Assembly (NCBI GenBank): GCA_963805085.1
Contig: CAWDTA010000002.1
Location: forward strand, 960,001 to 1,024,000
DNA from: an uncultured Veillonellaceae bacterium
Lineage (GTDB): Bacteria > Bacillota > Negativicutes > JARBTT01
Length of the DNA stretch: 64,000 nt
Direction: 5' to 3'
Shown piece by piece: positions 38,609 to 48,841 of the stretch (position 1 is the first letter of the stretch; each line of letters begins with the position of its first letter). The notes beneath the pieces were generated by a model. That model did no database searches and was not told the origin of the DNA. It saw nothing but the letters and a program-made list of their open reading frames with translations. A program made the position numbers and the translations under genes.

Positions 38609-39757
38609 ATGTTAGCAGTTCATTTTGGCGCTGGTAATATTGGCCGTGGTTTTATTGGGCAATTATTATATCAAGCAGGCTATGAAGTTTGTTTTGTAGA
38701 TGTGAGTAAAGAACTGGTTGAAGAAATTAATAATCGAAAAGAATATATGGTGATGCTTGCTGCTGAAGAGAAGACGGCTTTTACCGTAAAAAATGTAAGC
38801 GCCATTGATGGGAAAGATGTAGCAGCAGTTATTCAAGCGATAGCGCAGGCTGACCTTGTTACGACGGCGATTGGTCCAAATATTCTTAAGTTTGTTGCCC
38901 CTGTCATTGCCAAAGGAATTTCTCTCAGATTGAAGCAAACTGGCAAAGAGCTGAATGTGATTGCTTGTGAAAACATGATCGGTGGTAGCTCGGCACTTAA
39001 ATCATTTGTGTATGCTTCGTTTGGTGAACAGGATAAAAAGCAAGCCACAGAAAAGATTGGCTTCCCCGATGCTGCTGTTGATCGTATTGTTCCTTTACAG
39101 AAAAATGAGGATAAACTGCTGGTAACAGTAGAGCCATTTTATGAATGGGTTGTAAATAAGTCACAAATTATTGGCAAAGTTCCAGCTATTGAGGGCGTTA
39201 CGTATGTTGATAATCTAGAGCCATTCATTGAGCGTAAGTTGTTTACTGTCAATACTGGGCATGCAACAGTCGCATATCTTGGTTATCTCAATGGATTTGA
39301 AAGTATTGAGAAAGCGATTCAAGATGACCATATTTTAACGGTAACGGAAAAAACATTGCATGAGACTGGTGCTCTTATGGTAGCAAAATATGATTTCGAT
39401 AAAGACCAGCATGAAGCCTATATTCAAAAGATTATAAAAAGGTTCAAAAATCCTTATATTTCGGATGAAGTTACTCGCGTAGGTCGTTCGCCAATCCGTA
39501 AATTATCAGCGAATGATCGTTTAGTGAGTCCAGCTATGCAAGCTATGAATCACAATATTGAGTTGACTGGTTTGCCAACCGTTATTGCTGCAGCATTATT
39601 GTTTGACTGTAAGCAAGATCCAGATGCTGTAGAGATTCAAAAATCTATAAGTGAAAGTGGTTTAGAAAAAACGATAGAACAATATACAGGCATTGCTACG
39701 GGGAATCCACTATTTAAATTGATTGTTGAGAACTATCAGCATTTGAGCAAAAAGTAA
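38609..39757 (+). CDS. mtlD: Mannitol-1-phosphate 5-dehydrogenase
   Basis: ATG 38609 MLAVHFGAGNIGRGFIG, ACENM, VDRIVP, ERKLFTVNTGH, RVGRSPIRKL. Confidence 0.96.
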   Translation: MLAVHFGAGNIGRGFIGQLLYQAGYEVCFVDVSKELVEEINNRKEYMVMLAAEEKTAFTVKNVSAIDGKDVAAVIQAIAQADLVTTAIGPNILKFVAPVIAKGISLRLKQTGKELNVIACENMIGGSSALKSFVYASFGEQDKKQATEKIGFPDAAVDRIVPLQKNEDKLLVTVEPFYEWVVNKSQIIGKVPAIEGVTYVDNLEPFIERKLFTVNTGHATVAYLGYLNGFESIEKAIQDDHILTVTEKTLHETGALMVAKYDFDKDQHEAYIQKIIKRFKNPYISDEVTRVGRSPIRKLSANDRLVSPAMQAMNHNIELTGLPTVIAAALLFDCKQDPDAVEIQKSISESGLEKTIEQYTGIATGNPLFKLIVENYQHLSKK

Positions 39758-39793
39758 AATAATTGTCCGTTAGGGGAAAATAATATAATTGAA

Positions 39794-39842
39794 ATTAGGA
39801 AAAGTTTTCACAAAAAATGTGAAAGCTTTTCCTAATTTTTTT
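39794..39842 (+). terminator. mtl operon terminator
   Basis: AATTAGGAAAAG..TTTCACA / TGTGAAA..CTTTTCCTAATT followed by T tract. Confidence 0.75.
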
Positions 39843-40102
39843 AGTTAAATAAAATAGGGGCAAATTGGACGATTTGACTAAGATAATAAAGCATTGTTTT
39901 CATATATGTTTTATTGACTTAAGCCTTTATCCATGTTATAGTTTTGAATGTAAAAAGAAGGAATTGATTTGATATTATCGTGAATTGTTTTTAGTATCAA
40001 CTAAGTTTATTTAAAAAATTTTGTTGTGATAAATAGAACGATTCGTAAAATGTAGAATCAATCATTTAGTTTAAAATATTTTAAGGAGGCGTTATTTTTT
40101 TT

Positions 40103-41443
40103 ATGGTAGCTACAGTTATTATTAATATTTTTCTTCTTTTAGTGTTGTTTTATGGATTATATGCTATGCAAAAAAAACAGGTTGATTTTGGTAAGCGTGT
40201 TATCACCGGCTTAGCTGCAGGCGTAGTGTTTGGAGTCGGGCTACATTGGATTTTTGGCGAGGCATCGTCGATCGTGAAAGAGACCAATAGTTGGTTTGAT
40301 ATTGTCGGTTCGGGGTATGTAAGACTTTTGAAACTGATCGTTGTTCCGCTTGTTTTCGTATCGATTACTTCATCGATTATTCAGATTAAAGATTTAAAAA
40401 CTTTTAGAAAAACTGGTGTATTGGTTATTGGTATTTTATTGTTTACGACGGCAATTGCGGCTTCTATTGGGGCAGCTTCTGCGATTGGGTTCCATTTATC
40501 CGCTGAGGGAATAGTAGCAGGTGATGCAGAATTGGGTGCAGCAAAGAAAATGGAAACAAAACTTGATAGTTTTCAAGCGAAACCAATTCAGCAACAGTTG
40601 ATCGAAATCATTCCGACCAATATTTTTCAATCTATGACAGGGCAAGGCAGTGCAGATACTTTATCGGTAGTATTTATTGCGGCATTACTGGGTATAAGCA
40701 TTTTAAAAATTAGACAGTATAAACCGGAAACGGCGGAGTTTCTGACCAAAGGAATTCAAGCATTACAAGATATCGTGATGCAAGTGGTTGATTTTGTGCT
40801 TATGCTTACGCCGTATGGAGTGCTTGTGCTGATTACGAAATTTATTTCTACAAGCAATATTGATGAAATATTGAAATTGGTACAATTTGTGTTAGCTTCT
40901 TATGTAGCACTCATTCTTATGTTCGGTGTACATTTACTTCTACTAGTGCTGATACGCTTTAATCCTGTTCAATATGTGAAAAATTCGTTTGCTGTTTTGG
41001 CGTTTGCATTTACTTCACGGACAAGTGCGGGAACATTACCACTTACTGTAGATGCACTTGTCAATAAATTGAGCGTTTCACAGGGCGTTGCGAATTTATC
41101 AGCTTCGTTTGGGGTAAGTATCGGGCAGAATGGTTGTGCAGGGATTTATCCAGCGATGCTGGCGGTTATGATTGCGCCGACGGCAGGAATTGATCCGTTA
41201 ACACCAATGTTTTTAATCAAATTAGTTGTTGTCGTAGCTTTAGGCTCTTTTGGAATTGCTGGAGTAGGTGGCGGAGCAACCTTTGCAGCGTTGGTTGTAC
41301 TTTCTACCATGGGCTTACCAGTAGGCCTTGTTGGACTATTGATTGCAATTGAGCCACTCATTGATATGGGGAGAACTGCATTAAATGTCAGTGGGGCAAT
41401 GACGACTGCGATCGTTGCCGAAAAAATATCTGGTGCTAAATAA
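40103..41443 (+). CDS. tcyP: DAACS-family L-cystine symporter (TcyP-like)
   Basis: GSGYVRLLK, FAFTSRTSAG, IGQNGCAGIYPAMLA, SFGIAGVGGGATFA, EPLIDMGRTALNV. Confidence 0.85.
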   Translation: MVATVIINIFLLLVLFYGLYAMQKKQVDFGKRVITGLAAGVVFGVGLHWIFGEASSIVKETNSWFDIVGSGYVRLLKLIVVPLVFVSITSSIIQIKDLKTFRKTGVLVIGILLFTTAIAASIGAASAIGFHLSAEGIVAGDAELGAAKKMETKLDSFQAKPIQQQLIEIIPTNIFQSMTGQGSADTLSVVFIAALLGISILKIRQYKPETAEFLTKGIQALQDIVMQVVDFVLMLTPYGVLVLITKFISTSNIDEILKLVQFVLASYVALILMFGVHLLLLVLIRFNPVQYVKNSFAVLAFAFTSRTSAGTLPLTVDALVNKLSVSQGVANLSASFGVSIGQNGCAGIYPAMLAVMIAPTAGIDPLTPMFLIKLVVVVALGSFGIAGVGGGATFAALVVLSTMGLPVGLVGLLIAIEPLIDMGRTALNVSGAMTTAIVAEKISGAK

Positions 41444-41470
41444 AGTAAGATAAAGTATTGTTTAAAACAA

Positions 41471-41510
41471 AAAGGCAAAGTGTGTATTCAGTTTACACGC
41501 TTTGCCTTTT
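41471..41510. terminator. Bidirectional terminator
   Basis: AAAAGGCAAAGTGTG...CACGCTTTGCCTTTT between convergent genes. Confidence 0.75.
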
Positions 41511-41638
41511 ATTTTTATTTTAACGAAATGTAAATGTGTATTTCGGCATTGTTCATATCTAAGCCACTCTGATATAACATTGGTATTTTACAACTGCTTT
41601 GTCATATTAGAAATACAAAAAGTCTCAGTTATATTTAA

Positions 41639-42244
41639 TTAAGATTTACCTCTCTTATTATGCTTCATCCACAGTATCCCTATGAATACTAAACCAACTA
41701 CGATTACCAATGCTGCATTGTGCCCTACAGTTTCAAGCTTGTGCCAGTTTTCACCAAGCAGCATGCCTGCATAGATTATAGCAACTGTCCAAGGAATTGA
41801 CCCCAAAATAGTGTAGAGGATGAACTTCTTAAAATCTACTTGAGCAAATCCTGCTGGTAATGAAATAAAAGTACGCACAACTGGCAGAAAACGGCTATAG
41901 AAAGTAGCCTTTAACCCGTAACGGTCAAACCAATTTTGGGCAATATCAACATGATTTTGCGACAGTAATACATACTTACCATATTTATGGATAAAAGGCC
42001 TGCCTCCATAATATCCTATTGCATAAGCAATGATCGATCCCAACAAACCGCCGATCACACCAGCAGCAACTGCAAAATTCATATCCATTCGTCCGACGAA
42101 AACCAAATATCCAGCGAATCCAAATATTAATTCACTCGGAATAGGCAGACAGGCATTCTCCATTGCCATCAAGACAACAATAGCGATATATCCCCAGGTA
42201 TCAATAAAGTTAAGAAAACCTTGATAAAACTGCTCTATTTTCAA
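41639..42244 (-). CDS. DedA family membrane protein
   Basis: MENACLPIPSE, YYGGRP, FDRYG, RFLPVVRTFISLPAG; AAGGAGG SD puts the start at TTG 42244 or ATA 42238. Confidence 0.9.
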   Translation of the reverse strand: MKIEQFYQGFLNFIDTWGYIAIVVLMAMENACLPIPSELIFGFAGYLVFVGRMDMNFAVAAGVIGGLLGSIIAYAIGYYGGRPFIHKYGKYVLLSQNHVDIAQNWFDRYGLKATFYSRFLPVVRTFISLPAGFAQVDFKKFILYTILGSIPWTVAIIYAGMLLGENWHKLETVGHNAALVIVVGLVFIGILWMKHNKRGKS

Positions 42245-42590
42245 AACCTCCTTTATTTTTTGTGTTGATAGATCATAACTAGCAAACATTACAGTAACAT
42301 TAAGCAAGGATTAAAATCAAATTAAAAATTAGATATCTGAATGAAATATTAGCTTGATCATATTTTATAGTTTGTCCATTTAGTATAACATAAATATGGC
42401 TAACGACTTAAAAAGGATGCTAGCCATCGAAGGATATTTCAAACAGATCGGCGAATTAATTGATTAGGTACTACTTTTAACTATATGCTATTGAAATAGT
42501 AAACCAAACCAGGGCATATTTAATGGTACGAAGCCAATCTTTTTAGGTTTGGTAATAAAATTATTGATATCATTTTTAGAAGGTGAAATA

Positions 42591-43397
42591 TTGAAATTAA
42601 AAGTTTTAGTTGATAATAATACTTATATTAACCAGTACTATTGTGGTGAACCAGCGGTTTCCTATTATATCGAAGATGAAGGAACCCGCTTGCTACTGGA
42701 TGTGGGGTATTCTGATATATTTATTAAAAATTCAAAAGCTTTGGGCATTGATCTTAGAAGTATAGATACAATTGTTATCCCCCATGGTCATGATGATCAT
42801 ACGAGGGGGTTGCAATTTTACTTTGAATGAGGCCGTGAAAATAAACCAACAATAGTTGCACATCCGGAAGCTTTTGAAGAAAAATTGATCGATGAATTAA
42901 TAGTAGGGTCACCTATCTTAGCCAATGAATTAAAAACAAAATGTAAATTAAAACTTTCTAAAACGCCAATTCAAGTGAGTGAAAATATTACTTTTTTAGG
43001 CGAAATACCACAGACGAATAATTTTGAAAGCAGGAAGTGCATCGGTAAGAAGATCATTGCAGGGAAGCCAAGTGATGATTATGTAACAGATGATACGGCG
43101 ATTGTCTACAAAAATGATAAAGAAATTTATATTATGACAGGTTGTTCCCATAGTGGAATCTGTAATATTGTAGAATATGCGAAAAAAGCCTGTAATGAAA
43201 GTAATGTGCTAGGGATTATAGGTGGCTTACATATATTTGATAAATCTGAACAGCTAGATCAAACAATCGCTTATTTAAAACAATATCATATTAAAGAGTT
43301 TTACCCTTGCCATTGTACTTCTTTTTTAGCGCGAGCAGAGATTCATAAAACGATACCTATCAAGGAAGTTGGTGTAGGATTAGAAATCAATTGGTAA
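42591..43397 (+). pseudogene. MBL-fold metallohydrolase interrupted by an in-frame TGA (42828-42830)
   Basis: The two ORFs share a frame: ..HGHDDH..FYFE*GRENKPTIVAHP..GCSHSG..CHCT. Confidence 0.85.
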
Positions 43398-43497
43398 GAA
43401 ATATCGATGTTTAAAAATTTATAAAAAAACAAAGAAATAGATATAGGTTAATAATCATATGTTATAACTTATTCTGCACATTATAGGAGCGGATGGT

Positions 43498-44880
43498 ATG
43501 AAACAAATCGATATGTTTATGGCAGAAAAAGCTGAAACTATAACCAACGTGTCAGCTTTACCGAAGCAATTGGAAGATCTGCCGAACATTTTCAATCTTC
43601 GTAAGAAACCTATAACCTATACCCTGCAGCAAGAAACAGCTCTTCATGAAATCGCGGCTTTTATCCAGATGAAGGATAAAGTATCCTATATCCTTGCAGG
43701 ATATGCTGGCACAGGGAAAACGACAATTGCGGAGAATGTCATGAACTATATTGAAGCCGTACATAAAGAGTGCATTATAGCTGCTCCCACAAATCAAGCT
43801 GTCAAAGTGCTAAAGGATAAGCTGGGTGGGGAGAATAACAACATAGTTTTCAAAACCTTGCATGCAACTTTATATGGTAATCCTGATGAAAGTGGGAACT
43901 GGATACCAAGTGTGACATTTACTGCAGATCATGTTCTTATAGTGGATGAAGCATCAATGATTAGCCGAGCTGTCTATACGGATTTAATAAAAGAAATTCA
44001 ACAGGCGAGAGCTAAAGTTATCTTTTTTGGCGATGATTTTCAGCTTGAACCGGTGGGCGATGATCCTAAAATTTTAAACAATAAGCACTTTGAACTTACT
44101 GAAGTTAAACGGCAAGGCGTAGGCAGTGAAATTTTGCTATATGCTACATGCCTTAGAAATCTCAAAAAAATCATCATTCCAAGTGAATCCAGAGGGGAAG
44201 TCATCCTGCTGAGTAAACAAGTCGCAGTTAGAGAATTTCTGCGATCTGTCCTTCAAAATGAAAATAGCATATTTATTGTTGGTACCAACAGGGCTAGACT
44301 TGTGCTAAACCAAAAAGCGCGGGAAGTGAAATTTGGCAAAGAAGTAGGGCAGGCTCCCCAGCATGGCGATCATATCATCTTTATTGGCAACGGTAATTTT
44401 TTTACTAACGGCGATAGGCTCACACTAGATCATCCAGACCTTATTGCGATTAAAAGCCTGCTCGTTAAAGAAACTGAAAAAGATATGCCTCGATTCATTG
44501 AAGTCTATTTACTTAGGAACAGAAATTATAAAATCATTCTTCTGCCAGCAATCGAAAAATCATCAGTTTATCACAGTCAGTTCATATCACCTGATAAATA
44601 CCTTCCCATAGATTGGTATGAAAAAAATAAATTTTCACGCAAATATGAGCTCTCTAAAGATGTTTCCATCGCAACCTACGCTTATGCCGTTACAACTCAT
44701 AAAGCGCAAGGAAGTCAATGGGAAAAAGTATTTGTCCACCAAGATGCATTCAAAAATAATCCCCGTTGGCTCTACACTTCGGTCACTCGTGCCGAAAAAA
44801 TGCTTACGGTAACAATTGAAACTAATTCGAACAAGCGAACATGGGAAGAGATTACAAAGATGGCGTATCCTGGTAATTAA
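43498..44880 (+). CDS. SF1B DNA helicase, Dda/RecD-like
   Basis: GYAGTGKTT, APTNQA, VDEASM, GDDFQLEPV, LTEVKRQ, YAVTTHKAQGSQW, YTSVTRA. Confidence 0.9.
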   Translation: MKQIDMFMAEKAETITNVSALPKQLEDLPNIFNLRKKPITYTLQQETALHEIAAFIQMKDKVSYILAGYAGTGKTTIAENVMNYIEAVHKECIIAAPTNQAVKVLKDKLGGENNNIVFKTLHATLYGNPDESGNWIPSVTFTADHVLIVDEASMISRAVYTDLIKEIQQARAKVIFFGDDFQLEPVGDDPKILNNKHFELTEVKRQGVGSEILLYATCLRNLKKIIIPSESRGEVILLSKQVAVREFLRSVLQNENSIFIVGTNRARLVLNQKAREVKFGKEVGQAPQHGDHIIFIGNGNFFTNGDRLTLDHPDLIAIKSLLVKETEKDMPRFIEVYLLRNRNYKIILLPAIEKSSVYHSQFISPDKYLPIDWYEKNKFSRKYELSKDVSIATYAYAVTTHKAQGSQWEKVFVHQDAFKNNPRWLYTSVTRAEKMLTVTIETNSNKRTWEEITKMAYPGN

Positions 44881-44952
44881 TAATATTTCAGCATATAAAA
44901 TACATGCTTCAGAGTAAGTTGTTTACTGTAAATGCGGAATACGCATGGCCCT

Positions 44953-45010
44953 AAAAAAAGCAAACAGAAAAAGCCTTCCGACGTTAGTCAGAAGGCTTTT
45001 TCTGTTTGTT
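44953..45010. terminator. Strong bidirectional terminator
   Basis: CAAACAGAAAAAGCCTTC..GAAGGCTTTTTCTGTTTG with an A7 run to the left. Confidence 0.8.
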
Positions 45011-45096
45011 CTTATAAATCTTTTTCTTAAAGGAAAGGAGTTGGGTACTTATCTATTATAATATCCTTTTCCTCCCAAAAAGACAATAGCATATTT

Positions 45097-45181
45097 TGTC
45101 GAATACAAAAAAAACACATAAATATTTTTCGACATTTGTCAGTTTACTAAAAATGATGTCGAAAAATATTTATGTTCGACA
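45097..45181. promoter_or_regulatory. Four Spo0A boxes (TGTCGAA) overlapping a 20-bp inverted repeat
   Basis: TGTCGAA at 45097 and 45157, TTCGACA at 45128 and 45175; IR 45116-45175 may double as the ycdX terminator. Confidence 0.6.
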
Positions 45182-45223
45182 TTATTGGAGATTATGGCTA
45201 ACTTTTAAATCTAGTAAAAGTGG

Positions 45224-45955
45224 TTATGGCTTTCTTAAAAAAGATTTTAATTTTTGCACAGAAGTATTTACGACGAGGTCTTCAGGAAAGTGAAGTTTTG
45301 TGATTAATCCTTGGGAATATTGGTGATCACCAACAGCGGTGTCTACATGGGCATCGCTATTCATCACGATGCAAGCGCCGTATTTCTTGCAGAAGGTAAG
45401 CATTTTTGTATCATTGTCCCAAGCGTTTAAACGGTGTGAATCAGGACGCAAGGAACTATTGTTAAGCTCTAATAACACATGATGTTCTTTCGCGGCGAGT
45501 ACAATCGCTTCATAATCAAGTGTGTAATAGCCATCGTCAGGGTGACCAATGATGTTGACATAGGGATTTTTGATTGCGCCGATGATCGCAGCGGTGTTTT
45601 CAGTAATTGTGCCTGGATCGATGCATACATCATGCATACTGGCAATCGCATAATCAAGTTTTCCTAGCTTTTCTTCAGGGAGATCTATTGTGCCGTTGTA
45701 GTCCATAATATTTAGTTCTGAACCCAATAGTAATTCAACACCATAAGCGTTTCTGTCTACTGCGCGGAGATTACCAAAGTAAAATTCATGACAAGTTCCT
45801 GGCATGGAAGGCGCATGCTCAGTAATACCTAATAATTCAAGTCCTTTATCAGCAGCAGACAATGCCATTTCTTTTAATGTGTTATACGCATGGCCACTCA
45901 CGATGGTGTGAGTGTGCACGTCTAAAATATCTTTCAATATAAAACCTGCTTTCAT
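45224..45955 (-). CDS. ycdX: PHP-family phosphatase (YcdX-like)
   Basis: DVHTHTIVSGHAYNT, ITEHAP, IIGHPDD, ELNNSS, NSDAH. Confidence 0.88.
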   Translation of the reverse strand: MKAGFILKDILDVHTHTIVSGHAYNTLKEMALSAADKGLELLGITEHAPSMPGTCHEFYFGNLRAVDRNAYGVELLLGSELNIMDYNGTIDLPEEKLGKLDYAIASMHDVCIDPGTITENTAAIIGAIKNPYVNIIGHPDDGYYTLDYEAIVLAAKEHHVLLELNNSSLRPDSHRLNAWDNDTKMLTFCKKYGACIVMNSDAHVDTAVGDHQYSQGLITKLHFPEDLVVNTSVQKLKSFLRKP

Positions 45956-46379
45956 GTTTCAATATGCTTTAATTGTATACCAATTTGGGAGGAAAGTGAA
46001 GTTCAGGAGGTATGATTTCCTATTTTGAGTATATTCTGAAATTTTGTCACGGGATTTTTTGTGCTTTGTTGTTTCTTTTGAAACAACGTTCCTAAAGAGA
46101 GCAAGTCTATTGAAGATTATTAGAATGTTTGGTTTCAGATCTTGCACATATTTTATTTTGATTGTGATATAAATTTCTTAGAGGGGATAAAGAAAATGAG
46201 TGCCTTTTTGTTTGCTGTATTGTGATTTTAAAAGCCTTTCGGTATAATATTCATGTAGATGCCTTATTTGAGGAAGACAGTGTAGTAGGAAGATTATGGA
46301 AAAAAATTAATGATTGTAATTTTTGATAAAATACCGATAAAAACACCGAAAATGATACAAGAAAAGGAGACGGCAATGC

Positions 46380-46808
46380 GTGGAAGAAACGAAGTATTTG
46401 AGTCTTGATATTGGCAGGGCAGCACTGAAAATCGCTGTGACAGCGAGTCGTGATGAAGAAAATGATGTCAAAAGTAGGCTTGCAGAGCAAGACATCACAG
46501 CTACAGCGGTTGATTTTGGCGGTGAATTTATTCACTCAATCGTGAAGATCGTTGAACGTGCAGTGGTCGCGGCGCAACGGCAAGGCTTAGTGCCGGATAA
46601 TCATATTGGTGCTGGGGCAGTAGCTGGAGCGACCAGCGCGGCCTTAGAACAGGTGAAAAATAAGGCGATGGGCTTTAATGTCGGTGGGAAAATCGGGATT
46701 GCCCGCTATGGTGAACATTTATGCGTCGCGATTTACATGGGCGTTGGTGTACTGAATTTAAATGAAATGTGTGTCGGATTGGCGCATCGTTCGATTTATA
46801 AAGCATAA
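46380..46808 (+). CDS. hutP: HutP-family RNA-binding protein (clostridial type)
   Basis: IGRAALKIA, ERAVVAA, NVGGKIGIAR.GEH, GLAHR; AAGGAG RBS. Confidence 0.8.
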   Translation: MEETKYLSLDIGRAALKIAVTASRDEENDVKSRLAEQDITATAVDFGGEFIHSIVKIVERAVVAAQRQGLVPDNHIGAGAVAGATSAALEQVKNKAMGFNVGGKIGIARYGEHLCVAIYMGVGVLNLNEMCVGLAHRSIYKA

Positions 46809-46814
46809 GTAGAT

Positions 46815-46855
46815 AGGGATATTGCAAAGAAAACTTTGTGATATTCCTTATTTTT
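46815..46855 (+). terminator. Terminator after the hutP-like gene
   Basis: AGGGATATTGCAAAG-aaaa-CTTTGTGATATTCCT followed by T tract. Confidence 0.7.
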
Positions 46856-46993
46856 ATAGTTTCGAGTAGTACTCTGGTAAAGACTTCGATTGACGATGAT
46901 TAGGAAAATAATCTATAATAATTATTATGAAGTAGGTTATCGGAAAGATTATCTTTTATATTAAAGATTTTGGGGAGAAAGGAGTGGAGTAGT

Positions 46994-47917
46994 TTGAATT
47001 TAAGAATAGCAGCGGCTGGCAGTAACCAGTTGAATGCTGAGGAAGTCTTAGGGGCGGCAAAAATGATTATCGGTGATACCGCGAGCTTTACCACTGTGAT
47101 TACGGATGAAATTGTCAATGCTACGAGTGCGGATTTATTCATTTGCGCGGCGACACAGTCAGAAGCATTGGCTAAAGTTGTACCAAGAAATAAGATTATC
47201 GTTCTTGATTTGATGCCAACGTCGCAGTTTTTTGTTCAGGTGGCACGTATTCCTGCTCACGAAGATGTGTATATCTTTAATTCCAATTTACGCTATCCAG
47301 CGCGATTAGCAAAAGCGTGTAGAAAATTGGGGATAGAAGCGAAATTTAGCTTTATCGGCTATGAGGATATGCAAAAAGAGGAAGTCATTGCAGCCTTGAA
47401 ATCGGCAAAATATATTATCGGTATTGCAAAATTGGTGGGGAAAACGGTATTGTTATCGGAGGAATATGCGCCATATCTACGTAAGGATGTTGTGATTATC
47501 GGCAGCACGCGTGTCGCATCGATGCAGTCAGCATGTATGTTGATTCAATGGGTAGCATCGTATTTTCATCAATCGATTTCCGAGCAGGTTTCAACCTTGA
47601 CGAATAAATTGAAATCGTCGGTAGTTAGTTCCAAGGAAAGTGATTACGCTCATAATTTAGCAAGCGTTGCGCATGACCTAGAAGAGCTGATGGCAGAAAA
47701 TAACCATTCCATGCTGACGATGCATGATGTGGTAATGCAATCCTTTGCAAATCAGATTTCACCGGATATTATGATGTTTGATCATGGGCATCAACCTAAA
47801 TTGCCAGCGCAGGACAAGCCGGAGCAAGGTCATTCTTCGAGTAATGAAATCGTAAAAACGTTAGAGAATATCAATTGTTTAAGTGAAAAGTTAACGAATC
47901 TTTCTTGTCAAATATAA
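46994..47917 (+). CDS. Hypothetical protein (alpha/beta N-terminus, helical C-terminus)
   Basis: GGAG SD before TTG 46994; TTGACG-N18-TATAAT at 46890-46919. Confidence 0.7.
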   Translation: MNLRIAAAGSNQLNAEEVLGAAKMIIGDTASFTTVITDEIVNATSADLFICAATQSEALAKVVPRNKIIVLDLMPTSQFFVQVARIPAHEDVYIFNSNLRYPARLAKACRKLGIEAKFSFIGYEDMQKEEVIAALKSAKYIIGIAKLVGKTVLLSEEYAPYLRKDVVIIGSTRVASMQSACMLIQWVASYFHQSISEQVSTLTNKLKSSVVSSKESDYAHNLASVAHDLEELMAENNHSMLTMHDVVMQSFANQISPDIMMFDHGHQPKLPAQDKPEQGHSSSNEIVKTLENINCLSEKLTNLSCQI

Positions 47918-47965
47918 AAGGTCGCAGGTACTAGCAAAAGCTATTACTTGCGACCTTTGTTGTTC

Positions 47966-48841
47966 TTAAATTGCATATGATGTCTTGATAAAATCACATA
48001 ATGTTTGAGCGGCATGGGAGAGATGTTTATTTTTTTTGTGGGCTAGGCAAATAGAAACAGTGAGTGGCGGTCTCAGTGGGATACCAACAAAATTATTGTC
48101 ATTTTCGATGGCCTCTGTCGGTAAAATGGCAATGCCAGCGCCGCAAACGATGAATCGCTTTATTGTTTGAATTGCATTTGACTCAAAACTGATATATGGT
48201 TTGATTTCAGCCTTTTCGAATTCAGCTAAGATAATATTATGTATCGGACAGTCCTCTTTGAAGAGGATAAAACATTCATGTTGCAGAGAAATAAGTGGCA
48301 AGTTTTCTTTCCCTTTTAGCATGTGATAAGAGGGGAGACAAGCCACAAGTTCTTGCTTCCCTAATTCGATTGTCTCTAGCATATCAAGATTTCCATTTGC
48401 AATAATTAACCCCAGATCTATTTTATCTTCTTCAAGCTGCTTTTGAATATTAGTAGAGCCTTCTTCGATAAAGACTAAGTTTAGGGAAGGATAAAGATTG
48501 CGGAATTTTGCCAGTAAAAAGGATAATACAGAGACACCGGTCACTGGTGATATACCGATCGTAATCGTACCACTATTGAGATTTTTGAGCTCCGTTACCT
48601 TCGTAATTGCCTTGGACACATCATTCATAATAATTTCAATATGATTAAAAAAAACGCGCCCTTCTGCTGTCAAAATTGCATTTTTCTTATTGCGGATAAA
48701 TAGTTGAATGCCAAGTTCTTCTTCTAGTCTCTTAATGGCTGTGGTCACACCTGGTTGTGAAATGTAGAGTTGTTCTGCAGCAAGCGTAAAACTTTTTAGC
48801 TTGCTTACCATGAGAAAGCATTCTAACTGTTTTAATTCCAT
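47966..48841 (-). CDS. LysR-family regulator
   Basis: MELKQLECF..SFTLAAEQLYISQPGVT..LEEELGIQLF; divergent from dcuC. Confidence 0.93.
   Translation of the reverse strand: MELKQLECFLMVSKLKSFTLAAEQLYISQPGVTTAIKRLEEELGIQLFIRNKKNAILTAEGRVFFNHIEIIMNDVSKAITKVTELKNLNSGTITIGISPVTGVSVLSFLLAKFRNLYPSLNLVFIEEGSTNIQKQLEEDKIDLGLIIANGNLDMLETIELGKQELVACLPSYHMLKGKENLPLISLQHECFILFKEDCPIHNIILAEFEKAEIKPYISFESNAIQTIKRFIVCGAGIAILPTEAIENDNNFVGIPLRPPLTVSICLAHKKNKHLSHAAQTLCDFIKTSYAI

Noticed and set aside
42828-42880. Selenocysteine recoding
   Set aside because: The TGA is in a linker outside the metal motifs; the only nearby hairpin (CAAC-AATA-GTTG) is weak and lacks a loop G
45096-45293. 65-aa plus-strand ORF
   Set aside because: No SD; runs through the inverted repeat and antisense into ycdX
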